Shown: in pieces, positions 10,568 to 20,326 of the stretch
How the letters are laid out: every line of letters begins with the position of its first letter
Numbering within the stretch: position 1 is the stretch's first letter
NCBI GenBank assembly: GCA_963791045.1
Contig: CAWBQK010000015.1
Location: 1-64,000 of the forward strand
Source of the DNA: Candidatus Latescibacterota bacterium
Lineage (GTDB): Bacteria > Krumholzibacteriota > Krumholzibacteriia > WVZY01
DNA: 64,000 bases
Direction: 5' to 3'
Program-made: the position numbers and the translations under genes
Notes under the pieces: generated by a model
Database searches by the model: none
Seen by the model: only the letters and a program-made list of their open reading frames with translations
Told to the model about the DNA's origin: nothing

Positions 10568-11635
10568 TCACGCGATCGCCTCCGTCACCGCATCAATGAT
10601 TTCACCCGCTCCAAAACGAACGACGTCGGTTGCCGGCAAACCCGCCTCCAACCGTACCTCGTCGATAAGCGCCCGCGCCGCCGCATCGGCGGCCTCGCCG
10701 GACGTATTGAGAACAATAGACACCACGGGCGAGCGCTTGAACGGCGCCATCAACATCTCGTGGAGCCGGATATGTCCGTTGAGCGGCGGCAGTTTGAAAT
10801 CATAACGCCGGATGTTCCCACGTGCGGGTTCATGGGCAAGTATCATGCAGTCGGGCATCGTGCCGAACAGGAGTCCGAGCGTCACCGCCGCGTAACCCGG
10901 GTGGACCAGTGCCCCCTGGCCCTCGACAAAAACGATGTCGTTATCGGCCCCTTCGATATTGACGAGTTCTTCGGCTGCGCCGCTGACAAAATCCGCCACA
11001 ACCCGATCGACACAAACACCTCGTTCGCGGAGCATGATTCCCGTCTGTCCCGTTGCCGCCCACGCGGCCCGAAGACCGCGCCGCCGCGCCTCTTCGACGA
11101 GCTCAACCGTCGCTGTCATCTTCCCCACATTACAGTCGGTGCCTGTCACGAGAACCACGCGCGCACCCGTCCCGCACCCACGCCCCGTCCCCACCTGTTT
11201 CACATCGGCAACAAAACGGACGTCCCATATATTTGAACCCGAGACGCGGGCCGACGCGGCAATCTCTTCGTCATCTTTTAAGAACGTATGAAGCCCGCTC
11301 GCGATATCGAGACCAGCTCCTGCACAGTCGAGAACCTCACGGCGAAGGGGCTCACCGAGCTGCCCGCCTCGCGGCGCCACACCGACGACGGCCACTTCGG
11401 GGGCATACGCAAGCGCTTCGCCGACATCCGCGACAATAGGAATGTCTCCTCCGAACCCAAGGACATCGGACACGGTCACACCGGCATTCGCGCCACCGAC
11501 AACGGCAACCACATCATCCGCACGATAACGGACAAAACAAACGGCGGTCTTGGATCCAAGCGCGGAGAAGTCATCACCGGCAAGGAGCAGTGTCTTCCTG
11601 CCCTTGAGTTTGAACGGAGCCCGGTTGAGAAACAC
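10568..11635 (-). CDS. DUF1611 family protein (DgcN-like D-glutamate N-acetyltransferase)
   Basis: GTDCNVGKMT, ATGQTG, VEGQGALVHPGY, SGLH. Probable GTG start at 11635. Confidence 0.85.
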   Translation of the reverse strand: MFLNRAPFKLKGRKTLLLAGDDFSALGSKTAVCFVRYRADDVVAVVGGANAGVTVSDVLGFGGDIPIVADVGEALAYAPEVAVVGVAPRGGQLGEPLRREVLDCAGAGLDIASGLHTFLKDDEEIAASARVSGSNIWDVRFVADVKQVGTGRGCGTGARVVLVTGTDCNVGKMTATVELVEEARRRGLRAAWAATGQTGIMLRERGVCVDRVVADFVSGAAEELVNIEGADNDIVFVEGQGALVHPGYAAVTLGLLFGTMPDCMILAHEPARGNIRRYDFKLPPLNGHIRLHEMLMAPFKRSPVVSIVLNTSGEAADAAARALIDEVRLEAGLPATDVVRFGAGEIIDAVTEAIA

Positions 11636-11652
11636 TTCTTTGACCTTTCGAA

Positions 11653-12633
11653 CTAGTGAAATTCGTCGGAAATCGCGCCGACAAGCGTCTCGAGAATATC
11701 CTCGAGCGTCGTCATCCCCACAATCGTCCCGGCCGGATCGCGCAACATGGCCATATGGCACCCCTGGTTCTTCATCCGGACGAGAATCTCGGTGATGGGT
11801 GTTTCCAACTCGACATCGTAGACCGGCTCGAGAACGGGAATATCGGTTTGTGCGCTCCGGGTTTGGAGAAGGTTCTGGATCGACAGAATTCCCACGACAT
11901 TCGATCTCTCGCGTTGATACACGGGCAGACGCGTAAACCCGGTATCGGAAAAAACGGCCTGGTAGTCACTGATGTCGAGTCCTTCGCCAACCATCACCAC
12001 ATCGTCAATCGGCACCACAACGTCCTTCGCGGCAAGCTCGACGAGTTCGAACACGCGCGAGGCAAGCGTCAACGTGTCCTTCGAAATCAACCCCGCCTCA
12101 CGGCTGTCCTTAAGATGAAAGAGAAGCTCTTCCGATGTCATCATCACGCGTCCATCGCTCTCCGAGGTACGAAATAATTTCACCAGAGCGGCAGAAATCA
12201 GCGAAAACGCTTTGACCACCGGATAGAGGACAAATCCAAAAACCTTGAGCGGATATACCGATAACAGGGCTGCGGAATCGGCATAATAGAGAAAAATCGC
12301 TTTGGGGACGATTTCCTCAAAGAGGAGGAGCGTGGGAACGAGAAAAATTGTCGCCACGGTCGCGCCGCGTCCACCAAGATAGTGAACCATGATCGCCGTG
12401 AACGCCGATGTGCATCCGATAACGCCGAGGTTTGTGCCGACGAGAACGATACTCAAAAACCGATTGGGATTGTCGAAGAATTTGATAAGTTCTCGCGCTC
12501 GCTTGTCCCCCGTGGAAGCACGGTGGTGAATACGAATCCTGTCCGCCGCGAAGATCGCCGTTTCCGCGCCGGCAAAGAACGCGGCGAACACGAATGCCGC
12601 GATCGAGATTATCGCCATCCACGTGATACTCAC
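11653..12633 (-). CDS. CNNM (DUF21)-CBS hemolysin-family protein
   Basis: FFAGAETA, LVGTNL, EIVPK, CBS pair (GFTRLPVY, TLEDILE). No CorC domain. Confidence 0.9.
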   Translation of the reverse strand: MSITWMAIISIAAFVFAAFFAGAETAIFAADRIRIHHRASTGDKRARELIKFFDNPNRFLSIVLVGTNLGVIGCTSAFTAIMVHYLGGRGATVATIFLVPTLLLFEEIVPKAIFLYYADSAALLSVYPLKVFGFVLYPVVKAFSLISAALVKLFRTSESDGRVMMTSEELLFHLKDSREAGLISKDTLTLASRVFELVELAAKDVVVPIDDVVMVGEGLDISDYQAVFSDTGFTRLPVYQRERSNVVGILSIQNLLQTRSAQTDIPVLEPVYDVELETPITEILVRMKNQGCHMAMLRDPAGTIVGMTTLEDILETLVGAISDEFH

Positions 12634-13871
12634 GACTTCTCCACCCGCATCTTTCGAATACGATTCGGTTGCGTCGATATAATGTGAAACTTCAAATCAC
12701 CGAGGGTGAGCGTTTCCCCCGATTTCGGTATATCTCCAATGGCTCCTATTACATAACCGGCAATCGTTTCATGATCGTCATCGACGACATCCACGCCGAA
12801 TACTTCGTTGAACTCCTCAATCTCCATCGCTCCGTTGACGACGATACGTCCATCGTCCAGAAAATTGTACAATTCGGTCCGGGGTTCTTTTTCATCCCTG
12901 ATTTCTCCGACCAGCTCTTCGAGGATGTCCTCCATCGTCACGATGCCGACATAGGAGCCGTGCTCATCGATCACGACCGCCGTGTGGGCTCGACGTCGGC
13001 CGAGCTCTCCGAACAAGAACGAAATTCGCGCCAGCTCCGGGATGTAATACGGGGTCATCAAAATAGGTGTCACGTCGAAATCGGGTTCTTCGTTCGCGAT
13101 CCGTGCCAGATCCTTTATATGAAGAATCCCCTTGATGTCGTCGGTCGTCTCGCCGTATATCGGCACGCGGGAGAAACCCTGCTTGAGAATGCGTTCGCGC
13201 AGATCGTCATGACTCAGATCAAAAGGAAGAGAAAAAACGTTGATGCTCGGCGTCATTATTTCTTTGACCGTTGTCTCTCTGAAATCGATGACATTGGTCA
13301 ACAGTTCGTATTCGAAATCACCCAGGTGCCCGGCATCCTTTCCGACATTGAGCGCGGTCAACAATTCATCCTGTGAGAACTGCTTGTCCGCGGTGCCGAG
13401 CTGCCGTTTCAGTGAATCGATAATGAGGCCCGCGAAACGGGAAATCGGCCAGCTGACAAATTTGAACCACGCATGAAAAAACGACAGAGGATAGATGATA
13501 AACCGTGCAAACCGCACGGGCCGGGTGATGGCGACCACCTTTGGCGCGATTTCGCCAAAAATCAAAATTATCAGAGACATGAACACGAAGGCGATCCCGA
13601 TACCCTTGTCTCCAAATAAATTGATCGCAATGGATGTCGCGGCGCTCGTCGAGAACACGTTGACAATGAGGTTGCCGATGAGAATCGTGATCAAGAGGCG
13701 TCGTGGGGGTACCGAGGAGTCCGGCGATGCGCTTGCCGGTGGCTGACTCCTTGCGGAGCTGTTGATATCGGAAATGGGCAGCGTAAAAAGAGCCGCTTCC
13801 GACCCGGAGAAAAAAGCGGAGACAAAGATCAGCACGGCGAGAGCTATGAGATAAACAAACGAAGTGTCCAA
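12630..13871 (-). CDS. CNNM (DUF21)-CBS-CorC hemolysin-family protein
   Basis: FFSGSEAA, ILIGN, FGEIAPK, GFSRVPIY, TMEDILEELVGEIRDE, C-terminal CorC_HlyC domain. Confidence 0.92.
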   Translation of the reverse strand: MDTSFVYLIALAVLIFVSAFFSGSEAALFTLPISDINSSARSQPPASASPDSSVPPRRLLITILIGNLIVNVFSTSAATSIAINLFGDKGIGIAFVFMSLIILIFGEIAPKVVAITRPVRFARFIIYPLSFFHAWFKFVSWPISRFAGLIIDSLKRQLGTADKQFSQDELLTALNVGKDAGHLGDFEYELLTNVIDFRETTVKEIMTPSINVFSLPFDLSHDDLRERILKQGFSRVPIYGETTDDIKGILHIKDLARIANEEPDFDVTPILMTPYYIPELARISFLFGELGRRRAHTAVVIDEHGSYVGIVTMEDILEELVGEIRDEKEPRTELYNFLDDGRIVVNGAMEIEEFNEVFGVDVVDDDHETIAGYVIGAIGDIPKSGETLTLGDLKFHIISTQPNRIRKMRVEKS

Positions 13872-13885
13872 GGTGTAGGCGCCTG

Positions 13886-14693
13886 CTACTCTCCGAGTTC
13901 TTGAAGCGCGACACGCGCCTGCTCGGCCTCTTCACTCCTCGGATAGCGGGAAATTAGCTCGCGAAAAGACTTGTCGGCAAGCGGCTTTTCCTCCAGTTCG
14001 CTGTAGCAGAAGCCGGATTTCAAATAGCAAGCCGCGACAAGCCGCGAGCGGGGGTATTCCTTGATCACACTTTGGTACTCGGCCACGGCTTCGAGATGCC
14101 GGTCCATCGAGTAATACGACTCACCCAGATAATAGTGCGCATCGGGGGCATTCGGAGCATCGGGAAACCGGACGAGATAATTCTTGAATCCCTGCAACGC
14201 AAGGTCGTAGTTGCCAAGCGTCAAATCCATGTACGCCGCCTGAAAAAGCCTCCCCGCTTCGTCATTCGCGATGGTGGGAGGACCAGTGCCCGTGCTGTCC
14301 CGTTGGGCAAGCAGGAGCGAATCCGTGATTGCCGTCCCCAGCCGAGTCGGCGCCGAGCGAATCCGCGGCGGCCAATCTGTAAAAAGCCGGGCTGTTTTAC
14401 GCGACATAAAGAGCTGTGCGCTGTCGTCGACCCGGTATGCCGAGCATCTCGAGGGCATCCCGGAGTTCCCGCAGCGCCAAAGCGCTTTCGGCCTGGGTCT
14501 GGACTCTTGCTTCACGTTCCTGCTGATAAAGAGCGCTAAGCTCGTCTATCCGCTCGAGGAGTTCTTGTTGCGTGGTCTTGACCGTATCGAGTTCCTGATA
14601 AGTGAACTCCATCATCTTGGTGCTGTAACACCCGGAGACCAGACCCAGGCCGATGCCAAATACAATTAGCTTTTTGAGAAGCGCTAAACTCAA
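13886..14693 (-). CDS. cpoB: Tol-Pal protein CpoB/YbgF (frameshift at about 14440)
   Basis: Lipoprotein signal (VSGC) and coiled coil in ORF 14397-14693. TPR domain (GNYDLALQGF, AHYYLGESYY) in ORF 13886-14515. Lies directly after pal. Confidence 0.85.
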
Positions 14694-14705
14694 TTAAATT
14701 ACCTG

Positions 14706-15233
14706 CTACTGATTAACTACAAAATGACCGCGCCGATTCTTCGCCCAGGCCGCTTCCGTGTGACCTGAATCGAACGGCTTGTCCTTGCCATAGCTGACCG
14801 TCGTGATCTGGCTCGCGGGAACGCCCAACGACACGAGAAAATCTTTGGCCGCATTGGCGCGTTTCTCGCCGAGCGCGAGGTTGTAGGATCTCGTCCCGCG
14901 TTCGTCGCAGTGACCCTCGAGCGTGATCGTCATGCCCGCGGCGTCTTTGAGCTGGGTCGCATTGCTCGACAGAATACTCTTCGCGTCCGGAGACAGGGTC
15001 GCCTTGTCGAAGTCAAAGAAAACATCATTGAGCACGGGCATCTTGACCGGCTCGACCTCTTCGACTGCGGCCTCTTCTACTTCTTCAACTTCCGGCTCGG
15101 GCGGCGGCGGAGCGGTTTCGACTTCCGTTTCCGGCGACGTCTCTACTTCGGTCGTCTGTTTTTTGGAACACGCGCCCATAGCCAAAACAAAAATCCCGAT
15201 GAGCACGAATATCAACAACTGTTTACGCAACAT
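14706..15233 (-). CDS. pal: Peptidoglycan-associated lipoprotein
   Basis: Lipobox MGAC, VFFDFDK, EGHCDERGTRSYNLALGEKRA, SYGK, KNRR. Confidence 0.96.
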   Translation of the reverse strand: MLRKQLLIFVLIGIFVLAMGACSKKQTTEVETSPETEVETAPPPPEPEVEEVEEAAVEEVEPVKMPVLNDVFFDFDKATLSPDAKSILSSNATQLKDAAGMTITLEGHCDERGTRSYNLALGEKRANAAKDFLVSLGVPASQITTVSYGKDKPFDSGHTEAAWAKNRRGHFVVNQ

Positions 15234-15283
15234 CCGGCAAACCTCCCTTTAACATCTGCCTTACCATCAAACAAAAAAAGTTC

Positions 15284-16513
15284 TCAACGAATTGACCAGT
15301 CCGGAGAATCACCTTGCGACAATATTCGCTTACCCCCCGTGTAGATGTCAATAATTGATATGACATTTTCATACCCGCGTTTCTCGGTCAAAATGACGTG
15401 CCGGCCGTTGGGAGCCCATCTCGGATCTTCGTGGTCGACCGCCTCCTGGGTAATCTGGCGGTAATCCCTGCCGTCGGGCCGGATCGAACACAACTGAAAA
15501 AACCCGCCGATCCTGGAAACAAACACGATCCGGTCCCCCTTGGGAGACCACGCCGGCGATTCGTTGTACGCGCCGTGGTAGGTCAAGCGGCGTCCATTGC
15601 TCCCATCCGCCTGAATAATATAGACCTGCGGGGTTCCCGAACGATCCGACGTGAAGGCGATTTCCCGGGCGCTCGGGGACCAGCTCGGGCTGCAGTCGAT
15701 CGATCGGTTGTGTGTCAGGCGTCGTTTGACCTTGCCATTCTTGTCGATGATATAGAGCTCGGCATTCCCGTCCTTGCTGAGCGTGGCGACGAAATTCCGT
15801 CGCCGCGCCGACCAGTCCACCGAGTAATTCAACCCCTTGAAGCTCAAAAGCGGCTTCGACGAGGGCTCTTTCAGATACCTTATATAAAGATCGCCCTTGT
15901 TCTTGCGGAAGCTGGTGAACACGAGGCCCTTGGACTCATCGATCCACCGCGGGTACACGACGAGAACGCTTTGCCTCAGCAAAACGCGGGGGTTGTAACC
16001 GTCGTAGTCCGACATGACGACTTCCCACATATCGCCCGCTTTACGGCGGTAGAGCACCCTCGTACTCGCGATCCCCGGTTCGCCGGTGAGCATGCGCACG
16101 ATTTCATCCGCGAAATGATGTGCGATCTGGCGCATCTGGTTTGGTTTAATGACATATCTTTTGCCGCCGATGGTGAGCTTGTTTGCCGCATCGACGACAA
16201 CGCCTTCGAAATGGGTTTCCCCATTCTGCAGCTTCAACACCCCCCTGACCTCGACGAGATCGGCGCCGTTTTTCGACTGGGGAACCCGGCCACGCGTGAT
16301 CTTGAAGATCCCCGAGAACTCGAGATCCGCCGTGATGAGCTGTTCGAGGGTGGTCGCGTGGTCGGGACGCGCGCCGTCCACCGCCCTGAAAGGCGTCACC
16401 GAAAGGGGGATCTGTTCGGCGTGGGTCGTTTTTATGCCGAGCTCCACCTCTCGCTGCGCGGACGCGGAAAGTGGCAAGACGAGGCATAGCAGCAAGATAA
16501 AGGCAATACGCAT
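15284..16513 (-). CDS. tolB: Tol-Pal beta-propeller protein TolB
   Basis: Signal peptide, DLEFSG, AHHFADEI, PD40 repeats (SPSWSP, SPAWSPKG, DPRWAPNG). Confidence 0.92.
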   Translation of the reverse strand: MRIAFILLLCLVLPLSASAQREVELGIKTTHAEQIPLSVTPFRAVDGARPDHATTLEQLITADLEFSGIFKITRGRVPQSKNGADLVEVRGVLKLQNGETHFEGVVVDAANKLTIGGKRYVIKPNQMRQIAHHFADEIVRMLTGEPGIASTRVLYRRKAGDMWEVVMSDYDGYNPRVLLRQSVLVVYPRWIDESKGLVFTSFRKNKGDLYIRYLKEPSSKPLLSFKGLNYSVDWSARRRNFVATLSKDGNAELYIIDKNGKVKRRLTHNRSIDCSPSWSPSAREIAFTSDRSGTPQVYIIQADGSNGRRLTYHGAYNESPAWSPKGDRIVFVSRIGGFFQLCSIRPDGRDYRQITQEAVDHEDPRWAPNGRHVILTEKRGYENVISIIDIYTGGKRILSQGDSPDWSIR

Positions 16514-16517
16514 AGTT

Positions 16518-17210
16518 TTACTCTTCTTCATATGCAAAGCTGAAATGAACCCCAAGAAAGTCGTCTCCGAATCCGCCGGGAAGCGGCGGGAGCGGACTCG
16601 CCTGGATGACCGCGCGCTGGGCGGCCTGGTCAAACAAAAAGTTCCCCGAAGAAGTCTCCACGGTCGGCGAGTCGATCGTGCCCGACCTGCCGATTCTGAA
16701 ATAGACACGACAATGGATCGATCCGCTTGTCGTCCCCGGAACCCGCCAGTTGGCGGCGATCTTCCGTTTGACCGTCGCGAGGTAATAGGCGAACGGAAAA
16801 TCCTCGACGTCGAGCGCCATATCCCCGGTCGCGACCGCCGGCGCCATCACCGTATCAACCTCGGTGGACTCCACAATCTCGGGCGGTTCGATCGGCGTCG
16901 GCTGGATTTTTTTGGGCTCTTCTTTTTTCTTTGGTTTCTTCTTTTTTACGGGTGTAACGAGTTCTTCCTCTTTGGGAGGTTCCACGACTTTGGGCGGAGG
17001 GGCCGGTGGTGTTTCCTCGGGAGGCGGAGTGACCTGCTGGACGGGCGGCTTGACGACCTGTTCCATCGACACGAGTTTTACCGCATACACATCGCGCGGA
17101 ACAAAACGGACCTGACGGAAACGGATAATACGCATCGTTACCACACCGAGAACGATGTGGAGAAGCAGCGATATTACGATCGCGTTTCTCATCGTTTGAA
17201 CTTTGCCCAC
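16518..17210 (-). CDS. TolA/TonB family protein
   Basis: N-terminal TM with SLLLH, Pro/Glu/Lys-rich linker, TonB_C-like end (SSGNFLFDQAAQRAV..PLPPLP). Confidence 0.85.
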   Translation of the reverse strand: MGKVQTMRNAIVISLLLHIVLGVVTMRIIRFRQVRFVPRDVYAVKLVSMEQVVKPPVQQVTPPPEETPPAPPPKVVEPPKEEELVTPVKKKKPKKKEEPKKIQPTPIEPPEIVESTEVDTVMAPAVATGDMALDVEDFPFAYYLATVKRKIAANWRVPGTTSGSIHCRVYFRIGRSGTIDSPTVETSSGNFLFDQAAQRAVIQASPLPPLPGGFGDDFLGVHFSFAYEEE

Positions 17211-17226
17211 GTTGCCAGCTGCCTCT

Positions 17227-17655
17227 TTATTTTTTCTTCTTCATATCTGTAATCATGCCCACCTCATCGATCCCCACTTCCTTGACGTGACCGATCACTT
17301 CCATAACCACACCATACGGCACGTTCTGGTCCGCCCGCACAAAGACCCGTTCCTCGCCGGCCACCTTGAGGTTGCGAAGCGATTCCTCGAGCTCGTCGCG
17401 TTCGATCTGGGCGTTGTTGAGATACACGTCGCCTTCTTCGGTAATCGCGAGAATGACCCCCTCGGTCTCCTTGATCACCGTCGAACTCGTTTTTGGCAAC
17501 CGCACCTTTATCCCCGCCTGGATAAACGGGGCCGTCAGCATAAAGATGATCAGCAACACCATCGTCACATCGACAAGCGACGTGATGTTGATATCGGCGA
17601 GCGAGCTATAGCGACGTTTCTTCATCTGCCGACTCACTTTCGACATCGCCGCCAT
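17227..17655 (-). CDS. tolR: TolR/ExbD
   Basis: DINITSLVDVTMVLLIIFM, VRAD..VPYG.V. Confidence 0.9.
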   Translation of the reverse strand: MAAMSKVSRQMKKRRYSSLADINITSLVDVTMVLLIIFMLTAPFIQAGIKVRLPKTSSTVIKETEGVILAITEEGDVYLNNAQIERDELEESLRNLKVAGEERVFVRADQNVPYGVVMEVIGHVKEVGIDEVGMITDMKKKK

Positions 17656-18325
17656 CGGCGAGTCTGGTTCGCGTCAACTCAAGAATTCTCGATACAAAAA
17701 GTTCGATCCGGGTTTCCTGCCGGTGGACGTGACGCAGCAGCAAGTTGTAGCCGACCACCGCCGGAATCGCTGCCCCAAGACCGGCGATTGTCGTGATCAA
17801 AGCCTCCGCGATCCCGGGGCCGACCACGTCGATACTCGCCGTTCCATGAACGCCCATGCTCAAGAAGCTGCTCGCGATACCCCACACGGTTCCGAGGAGG
17901 CCGAGAAAGGGTGCGACCGCCGCCGTCGTGGCCAGGAAAACGAGGTATTTCTCCATTTCCGAAACCTCAGTCACGGCGCGCCGATCGAGGATATCCCTGA
18001 GCTGGCCGGTGCGCCCCGACGCCTTGTTGGTTTCCATGTACCTCTTGGCTTCGAGAAGCAGGACTCCTTCGACGGACGGGAGGCAGGTTTTGAGCGTATC
18101 TGACGTAAATCCAAGGCCTTTTGACGCAAGAATCGTCTGGAGTTTCTGCCCGCCTTTCCTGAGTTTGATATACAGGCGGGACCTGTCGTAGATAATCGCC
18201 CAGGAAATCACCGAGATAACAAAGAGAATGAAGAGAATGGCCTTGGCAAAAAAACCGCTCTCAAACATAAGCGATGGTACCGATTGTCCGAGACCCGCAA
18301 ACACTGCCACGCTGTGAGATTCCAT
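17606..18325 (-). CDS. tolQ: TolQ/ExbB proton channel
   Basis: APFLGLLGTVWGI, PGIAEALITT..GL..AIPA. Confidence 0.92.
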   Translation of the reverse strand: MESHSVAVFAGLGQSVPSLMFESGFFAKAILFILFVISVISWAIIYDRSRLYIKLRKGGQKLQTILASKGLGFTSDTLKTCLPSVEGVLLLEAKRYMETNKASGRTGQLRDILDRRAVTEVSEMEKYLVFLATTAAVAPFLGLLGTVWGIASSFLSMGVHGTASIDVVGPGIAEALITTIAGLGAAIPAVVGYNLLLRHVHRQETRIELFVSRILELTRTRLADGGDVESESADEETSL

Positions 18326-18399
18326 TGCCAGCCCTTTCTAAGTTCTTATATATAAATCATATACCTGGTTATTGCGCCGATGCGCCAAATTTCAGGCTC

Positions 18400-18428
18400 A
18401 ACATAGCAGGAACCCACCCTAGCGTCAA
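18400..18428 (-). promoter_or_regulatory. Sigma70-type promoter of the tol-pal operon
   Basis: TTGACG-N17-TATGTT on the minus strand, with TG at the extended -10 position. Confidence 0.6.
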
Positions 18429-18438
18429 ACCATAAGGG

Positions 18439-18467
18439 TTGTTCGTGCCCATTAAAACAGGTATAAT
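18439..18467 (+). promoter_or_regulatory. Sigma70-type promoter of the DUF4384 gene
   Basis: TTGTTC-N17-TATAAT. Confidence 0.55.
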
Positions 18468-18515
18468 AAGGGTGTATTATTGTGTTTCCCCCTGAGTTCC
18501 CAAGGAGGGACCTCT

Positions 18516-20227
18516 ATGAAACGGCTGCTTACCTTGCTCCTCGTCGCGGTTCTCTTGTACCCGCTGACCGCCACTGCTGTAACCCAATACAAAACAAGCA
18601 ACTACGCCAGAGAAGGCGTAAATCTCACTCTTGATGACCCGATCGGCTCGATCTACCAGGAGGGGGAAGAAGTCGGTTTTTCGGTCCGTACCGACCGCGA
18701 CGCCTACGTCGTCGTTTTTAATATCGACACCGAAGGGTTTGTCCATCTGTTGTACCCCCAGGACAAAAAAAGCCTCCGAAAATTTTCGTCCAATCGCATC
18801 CACTATATTCCGGAGGACCGGGAACAGTCGCTCGTTGTCGGAGGAACCACCGGGATCGAGTTTGTTTTCGCCGTCGCGGTCGAAGACCTGGATCACATCA
18901 ATGAAGATGAAATCGGTTTTCTCGCGGCCAACGACATAACACCGGATTCGAATAACTTTAAGATCGACGGCGACCCGCTCCTCGCGGCCAACCGGATCGC
19001 GAGCCAGCTCGTCCGCGGCATCTCGCACCGCCGCGGCGTGACGATGTCTTACACCTATTTCTATATAAACGAGGCCGTCGATTTTCCGAGATACCTGTGC
19101 GAGGATTGCTATAAAAGCGGTAAAGACCCATTCGGTCCGGGCATGCCCACGTACGTCGCGTACGCGGACTTTGAGGCAACCGATCGTCTGACCTATCCGC
19201 TCGAGCAAGGTTTTGTCCGCGAGGGCGACGGAAACATGGGCTTAAGTCCTCAGCTCGGCAACACCACCGTGACCACGGCATACGTGTCGTATTACCCGCG
19301 CTGGGACAACGGTTTTTACTCGACGTCGTGGTGGTATAACGATCCCTGGTATTGGGGCGCGCCGTACTATGGTTCGAGTTTCTATTTCAGTGTTGGCTGG
19401 AACTGGGGTGGTTGGGGCAGGTGTCATTACAACTACTTCCCCTACTATTACAATGGCCCGTACTATGCGTGCGGTCCATATTGGGGATACTACAACTGCT
19501 ATCCGGCATCCATCAATTATCCGGCGTCTTACGGTTACGCTTACAACAAACGTTCATTCCGCCCGACGCCAAAGGGGAGCAGTTCTTCGCTCCACACGGC
19601 GATGAATCAACCAACAACGCGGGATCTTCGGGAACGGCAGCGTTCGCTCAAGTCGACCTCCGGCGCGGATGGATTGCGTCGCACGACCGGAAGCAAGTAC
19701 GATCTTGCCAGGAGTTTCAAGGGTGGGCGGGACGCCCGGTCTTATACCGGCAAGGATCCGATGGTGATCCGGAGCAAACCGCTCAAGGGATATGACCGCC
19801 AAACGCGAAAAAGCCTCGCGCGCGGTTCCAAGAAAGTCTCGTACCGCGACCGCCGCGTGATCACAAGTTCGCAGACGCGTCGTTCATACACGCGCGGGGG
19901 CAAAGGGAACGTCGACACAAGCAACATCCGCCGCACAACGAGTTCGGCGACACGCAAGCTCGGCGACACCAAGACCTACAGGGGCAACGTTTCGAATTCG
20001 AGGAAGCAGAAGTCCAATTCGTCGGGCACGCGAACATACAAACCAAATACGCGAAGTAGCAGCGGGTCAAGCGTTCGATCCAAAAGCGGTTCAGGTTCGC
20101 GGTCGAGCTCAGTGAAGCCGACAACACGATCTTCTCCCCGGGGAAATCATCCGGCCGGTCTTCCGGCGGATCGTCGAAATCCGGAGGCTCGGGTTCGCGG
20201 TCGAGCGGAGGCAAAGGCCGCAAGTAA
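18516..20227 (+). CDS. Exported DUF4384-domain protein with Tyr/Trp-rich region and basic Ser/Arg/Lys/Gly tail (probable frameshift at about 20139)
   Basis: GGAGG RBS, signal peptide, YQEGEEVGFSVRTDRDAYVVVFNIDTEG.VHLLYP. The tail continues as GKSSGRSSGGSSKSGG...GRK* in a shifted frame, ending just before the terminator. Confidence 0.75.
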
Positions 20228-20258
20228 TTGTGGGTGTGTGACAGACAGCCTAGGTGGC

Positions 20259-20296
20259 AAAAAAAAGAGACCGGAGTATCCGGTCTCTTTTTTTTT
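20259..20296. terminator. Bidirectional intrinsic terminator
   Basis: A-tract, gagaccgga-gta-tccggtctc, T-tract, between convergent genes. Confidence 0.85.
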
Positions 20297-20326
20297 ACCT
20301 TCTTCGGCGGTTCTTAGATTAGGTGA

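Noticed and set aside
15398-17252. Long + strand ORFs (363 and 367 aa)
   Set aside because: Antisense to tolB and tolA in GC-rich DNA, with no protein-family signal.
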